Assembly (NCBI GenBank): GCA_020851855.1
Contig: JADZBY010000435.1
Span: 1,095-65,094, forward strand
Direction of reading: 5' to 3'
Length of the DNA: 64,000 nt
From: Anaerolineae bacterium
Lineage (GTDB): Bacteria; Chloroflexota; Anaerolineae; Aggregatilineales; UBA2796
The notes beneath the pieces were generated by a model. That model had not been told where the DNA came from. It did no database searches and was given only the letters and a program-made list of their open reading frames with translations. Shown piece by piece: positions 27,001 to 35,242 of the stretch (positions are counted from its first letter, which is position 1; the number at the start of each line of letters is the position of its first letter). The position numbers were made by a program, and so were the translations under genes.

Positions 27001-28054
27001 AAACCGACCCGAGCCAGCTGGTGTCCTACTCGTTGGCAATTTCCTGTCCTCGTATTACGGCACCAAAACTCAGTCAGAACTTCTGTCGTCCAAACTCGAA
27101 GCGATGGGTTGGAAAGTCACAGTCACGTCTGCGAAGCCCAACCGCGTCCGTAGACTGGTGGATATGCTGGCTACCGCCTGGAATCGTCGTGATCAATATC
27201 AAGTGGCCCAGATCGCAGTTTTCAGTGGTAGGGCATTCGCGTGGGCCGAAGCAGCATGCGTGATGCTGCAATTTCTACAGAAGCCGTTTGTGATTACTCT
27301 ACACGGCGGCAAACTGCCATCGTATGCCAGACGCCATCCTTGGCGGGTTAAGCACCTATTGTCCTCCGCAAGCTGTGTGACCACACCTTCATACTACCTC
27401 CGCGAGTCTCTCCGCGCGTTCCGCCCAGACATCCAAGTTATCCAGAACGGAGTGGACTTGTCCCAGTACCAGCCCCGCGTGCGCACTCAGCCACAGGCTC
27501 GCCTCGCTTGGCTAAGAGCCTTTCACAGTATTTATAGCCCTGCCATGGCTGTGGATACACTGGCGCTTCTATGGACCGAGTTCTCAGATATCTGCCTAAT
27601 CATGTTTGGACCGGACAAAGGTGATGGCGCATACAAGCGGGCCATGCAGCTTGCAGAGCGACTTGGCGTGACCAAGAACCTGAGCACGCCCGGCGCGATT
27701 CCAAAAGAGACAGTACCCGAGCGCCTCGCTGAATTCGACATATTCCTGAATACAGCCACCGCCGAGAGCTTCGGCGTTAGTGTTGTCGAGGCAGGAGCGC
27801 TTGGCATGTGCATTGTAACTACGAATGTTGGCGAACTACCTTACATTTGGACACATGACCACGATGCTTTGCTTGTCCCGCCAAACGATCACGAGGCGAT
27901 GGCGGCCGCAGTCCGACGTATTCTCACAGAACCGGGCCTGGCTCAGCGACTATCGCGTAATGCGCGCACTACCGCCGAGCAGTTCGACTGGGCGAACATC
28001 CTGCCGAGGTGGGAGAAATTGCTCTTGGATGTGGCGGAACAAGGAAGACGTTGA
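26993..28054 (+). CDS. family 4 (GT-B) glycosyltransferase
   Basis: Contains FLNTATAESFGVSVVEAGALGMCIVTTNVGELP. Confidence 0.8.
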   Translation: MIENRPEPAGVLLVGNFLSSYYGTKTQSELLSSKLEAMGWKVTVTSAKPNRVRRLVDMLATAWNRRDQYQVAQIAVFSGRAFAWAEAACVMLQFLQKPFVITLHGGKLPSYARRHPWRVKHLLSSASCVTTPSYYLRESLRAFRPDIQVIQNGVDLSQYQPRVRTQPQARLAWLRAFHSIYSPAMAVDTLALLWTEFSDICLIMFGPDKGDGAYKRAMQLAERLGVTKNLSTPGAIPKETVPERLAEFDIFLNTATAESFGVSVVEAGALGMCIVTTNVGELPYIWTHDHDALLVPPNDHEAMAAAVRRILTEPGLAQRLSRNARTTAEQFDWANILPRWEKLLLDVAEQGRR

Positions 28055-29478
28055 TGGCTCGCCTGGCTGATCAGGTCTACCGGCGGGTGCCGGTTCCAAT
28101 CCAAACCCTCATGGTATCGGCATATGGGTTTTGGTGGAAAAGGCTTCGCTTTGGTGGTGCGTTTGCAGAAGAATGCGTTGCCTTCCGAAGCCGAGAGCGC
28201 TTCACAACAGAGCAGTGGATGACCTACCAAGATGAACACCTGCGCGCCCTTCTCATCAGTGCCTTCGATCATGTTCCTTATTACAGCGCACTTTGGACGA
28301 GATTGGGTGTATCCCGCGCAGACCTCGACCGGCTCAGCACTGCCGAACTGAAAGCCCTGCCCCCGCTTGAAAAGAGCATTGCCCGAGACGCTCCCGAATC
28401 ACTCCTAAATGACGGGCACGCCACACGTTCTCATCTCGTATTTCACACAAGCGGGTCCACAGGCACGCCAGTTCGCACCTTTTGGCTGCCGCATGAAATC
28501 CAGCGTTCTTTGGCCATACGTGAGTCGCGCTCATGTGGCTTCGCAGGGGTGAGCTTCTCGATGCCCAGGGCCACCTTTAGTGGGCGAATTGTCGAACCAG
28601 ATCCAGAGAGCCACGGACCTTACTATCGCTTCAATCTCGCTGAACGACAAGTCTACTTCTCTGCATTCCATCTTCGTCCCGCAACAGCAGCAGCATACCT
28701 TCACGCGCTTAGGCGGCACCACGTGGAGTGGATCACGGGATATAGCAACTCAATTTTCCAGCTTGCATTGATGGTGCTGGACCAGAACTTGAAGGCTCCG
28801 TCGCTGAAAGCGGTAATCACGACGAGCGAGAAAGTCATACCCGAAATGCGAGAGGTGATTGAGAAAGCCTTCTCGACCCGGGTCTTCGAAGAATACGCCA
28901 CCGTTGAAGATCTGTTCTACGTGTGCGAATGCGAAGCCGGGCGCAAGCATGTCAATCCTGACGCTGGAATTCTCGAAGTCGTAGACGCCGACTTCCGTCC
29001 CGTACCACCTGGTACGCTGGGGGAAGTGCTCGCTACAGGATTCATTCGACCCGGTCAACCCATGATTCGTTATCGTGTGGGCGATCTCGCTGTACTGGAT
29101 GATCAGCCCTGTCCATGCGGTCGGGCGATGCCAGTGCTGAAGGAGGTTCTTGGGCGCGTCGAGGATACTGTTTATGGGCCTGACGGGAGGCGAATGCTTC
29201 GCTTCCACGGAATATTCGTGGGCCAGGCTCATGTGCAGGAAGGGCAGATCGTCCAGAAACGGCTCGATCATCTCGTGGTGCGGGTTGTTCCGAAGGTGGG
29301 TTTTGGTCCGGCGGACAAGGCGGATATCATTCAGCGTGTCCAGCAACGGTTGACGCAGAAGGTTAACGTCACGGTAGAGGCAGTCGAGCAGATCTCTCGT
29401 ACGAAGGCCGGGAAATTCCCGGCCGTGATTTGCGATTTGCCTCACGATGTACTGGAACGCGTGCGTGGAGTCCACTGA
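28054..29478 (+). CDS. CapK-like adenylate-forming enzyme (phenylacetate-CoA ligase / F390 synthetase-related family)
   Basis: From ORF 28009..29478, with ATG 28054 overlapping the upstream TGA. It has the AMP-binding motif FHTSGSTGTPVR and its length and order are typical of capsule CapK proteins. Confidence 0.7.
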   Translation: MARLADQVYRRVPVPIQTLMVSAYGFWWKRLRFGGAFAEECVAFRSRERFTTEQWMTYQDEHLRALLISAFDHVPYYSALWTRLGVSRADLDRLSTAELKALPPLEKSIARDAPESLLNDGHATRSHLVFHTSGSTGTPVRTFWLPHEIQRSLAIRESRSCGFAGVSFSMPRATFSGRIVEPDPESHGPYYRFNLAERQVYFSAFHLRPATAAAYLHALRRHHVEWITGYSNSIFQLALMVLDQNLKAPSLKAVITTSEKVIPEMREVIEKAFSTRVFEEYATVEDLFYVCECEAGRKHVNPDAGILEVVDADFRPVPPGTLGEVLATGFIRPGQPMIRYRVGDLAVLDDQPCPCGRAMPVLKEVLGRVEDTVYGPDGRRMLRFHGIFVGQAHVQEGQIVQKRLDHLVVRVVPKVGFGPADKADIIQRVQQRLTQKVNVTVEAVEQISRTKAGKFPAVICDLPHDVLERVRGVH

Positions 29479-30490
29479 TCTGCCTTTCGTTTCCGTCATC
29501 ATGCCTGTTCGTAACGAGGCGGCTTTCATCGCGCAGAGTCTCGGCGCGGTTCTTGCTCAAGACTATCCACACGACCAGTTAGAAGTCTTCATCGCGGATG
29601 GTATGTCCACAGACGCGACGCGAGTCGTTATTGCCGAGACGGCTGCACGGCACGAGACGATATCTGTGAAGGTCATTGACAACCCGCAACAAATAGTACC
29701 CACAGGGATGAATCTTGCCCTTGCCGAAGCACATGGTGAGGTGATTATTCGGGTCGATGGGCACACCATCATCGCTCCAGATTACGTGCAGCAGTGTGTT
29801 ATGGCGCTGCATCGGACGGGTGCCGACAACGTAGGCGGTCGAATGGATGCGAGAAGCACAACACCATTGGGGGAGGCTGCCGCTCTGGCGACTGGTTCTC
29901 CTTTTGGCGTTGGCGGCGCACGTTTTCACTACTCTCACCGGGAAGAATACGTCGATACCGTCTATATGGGGGCGTGGCGCAGGAGTATCTTTGCCAATGT
30001 TGGTCTATTTGATGAAGAACTAGTACGGAACCAGGATGACGAGTTCAACTATCGATTACGAGGTGCAGGCGGGAAGATTCTCTTGTTGCCTAATATCCGA
30101 TCCGAGTATTTTCCCCGCACGACTTGGAAAGGACTTTGGCGTCAGTACTTCCAGTACGGCTTCTACAAGGTGCGCGTGCTGCAGAAGCATCCGGCACAAA
30201 TGCAATTGCGCCAATTCGTGCCACCCGTATTCGTCTCTTTCTTGGTGGGCGGGGCCATACTCGGCCTAGGATCGCGATTGGTACGCAGACTGTGGGCGTT
30301 CATGGTACTCAGCTACGCGCTCGTCAATTTCATCGTATCCTGGCGTCTTGCTGCACAGCATGGCCTTCGTCACCTGAGGTTGCTACCCACCGTCTTCGCA
30401 TCTCTGCATCTCAGCTACGGTCTAGGCTTTCTTGCCGGACTGGTGAGATTCGCCAATCGCTGGCGCGACTCGGGAAACAATGCACACTGA
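29447..30490 (+). CDS. family 2 glycosyltransferase with C-terminal membrane segments
   Basis: Contains VSVIMPVRNEAAFIAQSLGAVLAQDYPHDQLEVFIADGMSTD and QDDEFNYR, with a hydrophobic C-terminus. Confidence 0.8.
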   Translation: MYWNACVESTDLPFVSVIMPVRNEAAFIAQSLGAVLAQDYPHDQLEVFIADGMSTDATRVVIAETAARHETISVKVIDNPQQIVPTGMNLALAEAHGEVIIRVDGHTIIAPDYVQQCVMALHRTGADNVGGRMDARSTTPLGEAAALATGSPFGVGGARFHYSHREEYVDTVYMGAWRRSIFANVGLFDEELVRNQDDEFNYRLRGAGGKILLLPNIRSEYFPRTTWKGLWRQYFQYGFYKVRVLQKHPAQMQLRQFVPPVFVSFLVGGAILGLGSRLVRRLWAFMVLSYALVNFIVSWRLAAQHGLRHLRLLPTVFASLHLSYGLGFLAGLVRFANRWRDSGNNAH

Positions 30491-31175
30491 TCTCGACCGT
30501 CTCCGCACCGAGTACGCCCGAAGACGCCAGAGCGAGAGCGACAAGGCGCTCTACTCCACCTTCAATCCCGCGTACCTGTTTGCTCTCCAGCAACGTCAGC
30601 GGGCGACTATACAGATGTTGCGCCGACGAGGGCTGGGCTCCCTCGCAGGCAAGCATATCTTGGAGATTGGTTGCGGCAGTGGCGGCGTGTTGTTGGAATA
30701 TCTGGGTTATGGGACGACTGCCGCGTCCCTTGCTGGAATTGACCTGTTACCCGCTCGGCTGATCGATGGCCACCACCGTCTGCCCGGTCTTGCTCTGGCA
30801 TGTGCTGATGGACAGAAGCTCCCGTTTCCATCGGGGCATTTCGACCTCGTGCTTCAGTACACGGCGTTTTCCTCAGTGCTCGACCTGCAGATCAAGGCAA
30901 ATATGGCTGCGGAGATGGTGCGTGTCGTGCGCAAGCCTGACGGCCTCATCCTATGGTATGACTTCTGGCTCAACCCCAACAATCCTCACACGAAGGGTAT
31001 CTGTCCCGAAGAAATAAAGCAGCTATTCTCGAGCTGCAACATCCACCTACGGCGAACGACACTAGCACCGCCAATCACCCGACGGCTGGTGCGAGTATCC
31101 TGGATTCTCTGTGAACTACTCGAGAATCTCCGTCTTCTAAACTCCCATTACCTCGCCATCATCCGTCCAAACTGA
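30480..31175 (+). CDS. class I SAM-dependent methyltransferase
   Basis: Contains ILEIGCGSGGVLLEYL...DGQKLPFPSGHFDLVLQYTAF. It is the last gene of the cluster. Confidence 0.8.
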   Translation: MHTDLDRLRTEYARRRQSESDKALYSTFNPAYLFALQQRQRATIQMLRRRGLGSLAGKHILEIGCGSGGVLLEYLGYGTTAASLAGIDLLPARLIDGHHRLPGLALACADGQKLPFPSGHFDLVLQYTAFSSVLDLQIKANMAAEMVRVVRKPDGLILWYDFWLNPNNPHTKGICPEEIKQLFSSCNIHLRRTTLAPPITRRLVRVSWILCELLENLRLLNSHYLAIIRPN

Positions 31176-31227
31176 CCTCGCACCGTCCTACCTGCCTCTC
31201 ATCACCCCCCTCTCCCCGCCCCTCCCT

Positions 31228-31262
31228 CCTCATGCTACAATCTCCCTGACCACTACATGAGG
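31228..31262 (+). promoter_or_regulatory. candidate recombinase promoter flanked by a 7-bp inverted repeat
   Basis: An extended -10-like TGCTACAAT lies at 31233-31241. CCTCATG (31228-31234) pairs with CATGAGG (31256-31262). GAGGA at 31259-31263 lies 7 nt before ATG 31271. Confidence 0.4.
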
Positions 31263-31270
31263 ACTCCCCC

Positions 31271-33226
31271 ATGTCTGACTCCCGCTACCTCCACCTGATC
31301 CGGCAGGATTGTCAGCTCCCGCCTGGAACGCACGTCGTGGCGTACTGCCGGGACAGCGGCGGAGAGGAGCAGGAACGCTCCACCCTGCAGCAGGTCGACG
31401 TCATCCGCGAGTACTGCGCCCACCACAACCTCATCCTCGACCAGTTCTACGTCGACGACGCGAAAGAGGCGGGCAGTACCGAGCACCGCACCCAGCTCCA
31501 GCAGATGCTCACCACCCTGCGCACCCAGTTCCGCCAGATCAACGACCGCACCAAACGCCGCAAACACAGCCAGAACGCGCCCTTCGGCGTCATCTTCTGG
31601 AAATCGAACCGCCTGGGTCGCGACAGCATCGAAACGCGCTTCATCAAGGCCGACCTTCGCCTGCGCACCATCACGATCATCGATCTGAACCGGACCAGCA
31701 CCGGCGACACCGGGGCGGATGCGGTGCTGGAGGCTTTCCACGAGTGGCAGGACGAGACGTTCCTCGACGACGCCGGCGAGAATGCCAGTCGCGGCCTGGC
31801 ATCCATCGTCGGTATGCGCGATAACGATGCCGAGTTTCGCCGCCACAACCCGGAGTGGCCGACCAACGACGGGCGCTACCTGGGCATCCGGCCCGGAATA
31901 CCGCCAAAGGGCTTTCACGGCGAGAGCATCAAGATCGGGATACGCGAGCGCAAGCGGCGGCGCGGCGTCGAATCCGAGGCGCACATTGTCCAGCGCATCG
32001 TGCCGGACAAAGAGAGCGGCCTGTGGGCGCGCTGCCGGCTGGCCTGGGAAATGCGTCGCGAGGGCAAAGGCATCGCCGAAATCATGAAGGTGACCCGCCT
32101 CTACGGCACGGCAACCGCGTTCACGGCGTTCTTCGGCAACCGCATCTACACCGGCGATTTCGCCTATGGCGGCAAGGTGTACGAGAACTTCGTCGAGCCG
32201 CTCATCCCGCGCGAGTGGTGGGAAGACGAGCAGAAGAAGATGACCGCGCGCAGCGAAAAACAGAGGCAGCAGAGGTTAAACCCCAAGCTTGAGCCGCGCC
32301 GTATTGCCAGCCGCCATCTGCTGACCGGTCTCGTGTTCTGCAACCATGTCGATGGCGAAGAGCACCCAATGCTGGGCGACACCATCACTGAGAACGACGT
32401 GCGCAAGCGCTGGGACTTCTACATCTGCTCGGTCAAGAAGAACTCGCGCGGCAAAAAATGCGACTCCAAGCGCATCAGTACCCAGGCGCTCAACAAGGCG
32501 GTCGTGGACAAGCTGATGAGCGAGGTCCTGACCCACGCTAATCTGCGCCCGCTGGCGGATAATCTGGCGCAGGCGATGGTCGAGCGCAATCTGGATGCCG
32601 AGGCGCGCATCACCGCGGCCCGGAGTCGTCTGGACGAGGTGCGCGCGTCCATTGCCCGCCTGATGGACGCCATTGAGAAGTCGGGCCATTCATTCAGCAT
32701 CCAGCAGCGCCTGGAAACACGCGAAGCCGAGCAACGCGAACTTCTGGCAGAAATCACGCGCATGAACAAGCTCATCGTCAAGCCGAGCGACATCCCGAAG
32801 ATCAGCGACGAGCAGCTCACAGCCTTTATCGACAACATGCGGGAGACGCTGATGAGTGATGACGTGATGCTCGCGCGGGCAGCGATTGCCCGATTCGTGG
32901 CCAAAGTCGTGGTAAACGGCAAAACGGGAACGTTGTATTATACGTTCCCGTTTCATGATATTACTAGGAATGAGACTTTGCCCCTATGGGGCTTACGCCG
33001 TCACCGAGTATACAGCCTTGAAAAGTGCGCGAAGAAGGTCATTCGTTGGCTCAGTGACACGCTTCCTGCGGCAACAGCTGACTATTACGGGCCTCATCCG
33101 AAAGCGCAACGCAACGAGCTGATCCGCCAACGTTACGCAAACGGCGAGAATATCCCCAAGCTGGCAATTGCCTTTGACCTCTCGCGTGCGCGCATCCACC
33201 AGATTTTACACGGGCAACGAAAATGA
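31271..33226 (+). CDS. large serine recombinase (resolvase catalytic domain, recombinase domain, Zn-ribbon, coiled coil) with extra C-terminal sigma-70-region-4-like HTH
   Basis: Catalytic region VVAYCRDSGGEEQERSTLQQQ... and SNRLGRD. Zn-ribbon-like segment FCNHVDGEEHP...FYICSVKKNSRGKKC. Coiled coil ...RSRLDEVRASIARLMDAIEK.... The canonical end is ...VVVNGKTGTLYYTFPF, which is followed by about 91 further residues ending in NIPKLAIAFDLSRARIHQILHGQRK. Confidence 0.85.
   Translation: MSDSRYLHLIRQDCQLPPGTHVVAYCRDSGGEEQERSTLQQVDVIREYCAHHNLILDQFYVDDAKEAGSTEHRTQLQQMLTTLRTQFRQINDRTKRRKHSQNAPFGVIFWKSNRLGRDSIETRFIKADLRLRTITIIDLNRTSTGDTGADAVLEAFHEWQDETFLDDAGENASRGLASIVGMRDNDAEFRRHNPEWPTNDGRYLGIRPGIPPKGFHGESIKIGIRERKRRRGVESEAHIVQRIVPDKESGLWARCRLAWEMRREGKGIAEIMKVTRLYGTATAFTAFFGNRIYTGDFAYGGKVYENFVEPLIPREWWEDEQKKMTARSEKQRQQRLNPKLEPRRIASRHLLTGLVFCNHVDGEEHPMLGDTITENDVRKRWDFYICSVKKNSRGKKCDSKRISTQALNKAVVDKLMSEVLTHANLRPLADNLAQAMVERNLDAEARITAARSRLDEVRASIARLMDAIEKSGHSFSIQQRLETREAEQRELLAEITRMNKLIVKPSDIPKISDEQLTAFIDNMRETLMSDDVMLARAAIARFVAKVVVNGKTGTLYYTFPFHDITRNETLPLWGLRRHRVYSLEKCAKKVIRWLSDTLPAATADYYGPHPKAQRNELIRQRYANGENIPKLAIAFDLSRARIHQILHGQRK
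32922..32953. repeat. perfect 12-bp inverted repeat with 8-bp spacer inside the recombinase ORF
   Basis: AAACGGGAACGT (32922-32933), spacer tgtattat, ACGTTCCCGTTT (32942-32953). It lies exactly where canonical large serine recombinases end. Confidence 0.8.
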
Positions 33227-33265
33227 GCCAATAGCCGTCCGCTCGAACCCCACAGCATCGAGTAC

Positions 33266-33307
33266 ACGCGCCGCGCCACCGTTATGGTGACGTGGCGCGT
33301 TCGTTTT
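33266..33307 (+). terminator. rho-independent terminator after the recombinase gene
   Basis: An imperfect GC-rich stem, ACGCGCCGCGCCAC (33266-33279) pairing with GTGACGTGGCGCGT (33287-33300), is followed by TCGTTTT. Confidence 0.55.
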
Positions 33308-33551
33308 CAGTTGTATGGCGCGGAAATCACATCCATGGCGAGATGTAGCGCTGCATGCCCTTCCTGCTGAGAAGCGGGGTAGAATGATCGTGGTTTCCGT
33401 CTCGCTACCAGGGTTAGTATGTTCTACACATTCCTTCCCCCTTCTCGTTCTGCTCACGATCCGAAGTGATACTAGTGGAAATCGTCGTCTGTCAGATTGG
33501 GAGTCCGCTGCCTTGAGAGACACATGGTCCCCGAAGGGTGAAGGTGTCTGC

Positions 33552-34496
33552 TCAGGGGATATCCCATCGCGAGATGAGGAATCCGGGTGTTCCTACGCCG
33601 TAGCGACGCCGAAAATCATCCACAGTGGCAGCGTTCGTCAGAGGCTTGACCATCAGCGTACCCCCGCCGCGAGGCTCGGTCAAGAAGCCTGCACGAGCGA
33701 AGACGGCGACATCCGTGCGGTGGTCTACCCTGACCTGAACGTAAGGGGCGTCCACTTCATGGGCGATTGCAGCCACCGAGCCGACAGGGTCGACTCCATC
33801 CAGCAAGAGCAGATTCGTGATCTTCAGGAAGGTATCAGAGGCAGAAACGACCGCGTAACCAACCGCAGAATCTCCTCCGCTCAGCAGCCACACATCCGGC
33901 ACACTCTGGGCTCCACATTGTGCGAGGAATGGAAAGAATGGGGAGTGCCGCCGCGCGAATCCCAGGTGACCCTTGGCGATTCGCTCAAACACCTGATCGG
34001 CAAGCGCGAGGCGTTCACCGTCGGCACGCTCGGCTATCAGCGCGACCGGATGAGGCAGTGCATTCTTTGCAGTGAAAACGCTGGCGCTGGAGTGAACGTC
34101 TTCATAGCCGAGTCTCTTGTAGAGCGCGTGTGCCACACGATGCACATCGGCGCTCACAGTCGAATAACGAAGGCCCGCTGCGCGCAGTTGCGTGTGGGCT
34201 TCTGCGATCAGCCGTGATGCGACTCCCCGGCGGGCGAAGGCCGGGTGCGTACATATGGCCCACAAGCCCCCGACCTCTTCGGCACCCTGCGTTGAGACCA
34301 CCGGCAGCCTCAATACGCCCACCTGCCCGGCGATGGCCTCACCCTCTTGAGCGTACAGGGCGAGGAAAGGGAAAGGGCGCGGATCCTGCTGGCGGATCAG
34401 GGTTACCCGTTCGGGGGTGAGCGCGACGTCGAGGCACATCAGGTTCAGGTGCAATACGGCAAGCGGATCGACTGCATCGTACTCATGGATCTGCAT
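33552..34496 (-). CDS. GNAT-family N-acetyltransferase (Eis-like two-domain architecture possible)
   Basis: From ORF 33552..34589; the probable start is ATG 34496. It has the acetyl-CoA motif ICTHPAFARRGVASRLIAEA. Confidence 0.7.
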   Translation of the reverse strand: MQIHEYDAVDPLAVLHLNLMCLDVALTPERVTLIRQQDPRPFPFLALYAQEGEAIAGQVGVLRLPVVSTQGAEEVGGLWAICTHPAFARRGVASRLIAEAHTQLRAAGLRYSTVSADVHRVAHALYKRLGYEDVHSSASVFTAKNALPHPVALIAERADGERLALADQVFERIAKGHLGFARRHSPFFPFLAQCGAQSVPDVWLLSGGDSAVGYAVVSASDTFLKITNLLLLDGVDPVGSVAAIAHEVDAPYVQVRVDHRTDVAVFARAGFLTEPRGGGTLMVKPLTNAATVDDFRRRYGVGTPGFLISRWDIP

Positions 34497-34613
34497 TTCG
34501 AGTAGTCCTGTTGGTGCAGCTAGAATCCGCGAGAACGTGTGATTCACTGCGAGGCGTTTTCCCCGCACCACTTCTTTTTCGGCCTTCACATCCTCGTCAG
34601 CTCCGCTGCCCGA

Positions 34614-35147
34614 TCAGGGCGGCCCGCTGGACACGAGCGGCGTGACGACTATTCTGCCTTCCATGCCTGCCTGGCGGTGACCGGCGACGGTGCAGAAGTA
34701 GCTGTGAGTCCCGACGTGGGCCACCTCGACGAGAAACCTCGCCTCAGACGTCGCGCCCGCGCCGCTGATCATCGGAAGCTGCACGCCCAGGTCAGGAACA
34801 GCCAGATCGTGAGGCATGCCATCCCCATTGATGACTGTCAGGTGCACGACACTGCCCGGCGGTACAACGAGATCGGGATTGACCACACCATCGATGGCTC
34901 CGCCAACACCCACAAAGGCCATGCGCCCGTCGACAATGCCGGTCTCAAGGCTGAACTCGACCAGGGTCACAGCGCGCGTGGTTACCGGCCCGGGCATGGG
35001 CGATACTGCCGCCAGCGATCTGCCTGTAGACATCGTGGACCCGTCCGTGGGCGTCGCCACAACATGGTTATCGTGGGGCGAGCCGCAGGCCGTCAATCCG
35101 AGGGTTAGCCCGATCAGAAGGACGAAGAAAGCTGTACCTTGTCTCAT
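34614..35147 (-). CDS. cupredoxin (blue copper) lipoprotein
   Basis: From ORF 34614..35246. The start at ATG 35147 follows GGGAGA. It has a lipobox (LGLTACGS). The type-1 Cu ligands are present: GMPHDLAV ... YFCTVAGHRQAGMEG (Cys, His, Met). Confidence 0.8.
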   Translation of the reverse strand: MRQGTAFFVLLIGLTLGLTACGSPHDNHVVATPTDGSTMSTGRSLAAVSPMPGPVTTRAVTLVEFSLETGIVDGRMAFVGVGGAIDGVVNPDLVVPPGSVVHLTVINGDGMPHDLAVPDLGVQLPMISGAGATSEARFLVEVAHVGTHSYFCTVAGHRQAGMEGRIVVTPLVSSGPP

Positions 35148-35242
35148 CACATGGTCTCCCTGGCCGGGGCCGGGAAAAAGGGCTTGCGCCCCCTTTCCGC
35201 CCCTTGTGTACACGACACGAAACCCGATTCGGACCTCTACGT

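Larger units (their letters stand above)
2920..33226. mobile_element. putative integrated plasmid-like / integrative mobilizable element carrying a glycan cluster (boundaries uncertain)
   Basis: An XRE repressor, ParM, an HUH relaxase/Rep-like protein, a primase-helicase and iterons lie at the left end. A large serine recombinase lies at the right end. The composition differs sharply from the surrounding DNA. No att sites are proven. Confidence 0.4.

Noticed and set aside
28750-29529. 259-aa minus-strand ORF
   Set aside because: It is antisense to the CapK-like adenylating enzyme gene, which has the TSGSTG motif. It breaks the otherwise strictly unidirectional, overlapping operon structure.
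31253-31984. 243-aa minus-strand ORF overlapping the start of the serine recombinase gene
   Set aside because: It is antisense to a well-supported recombinase catalytic domain and its composition is typical of GC-rich shadow frames.
33315-34217. 300-aa plus-strand ORF
   Set aside because: It is antisense to the GNAT acetyltransferase gene, which carries the acetyl-CoA binding motif. It has no motifs of its own.
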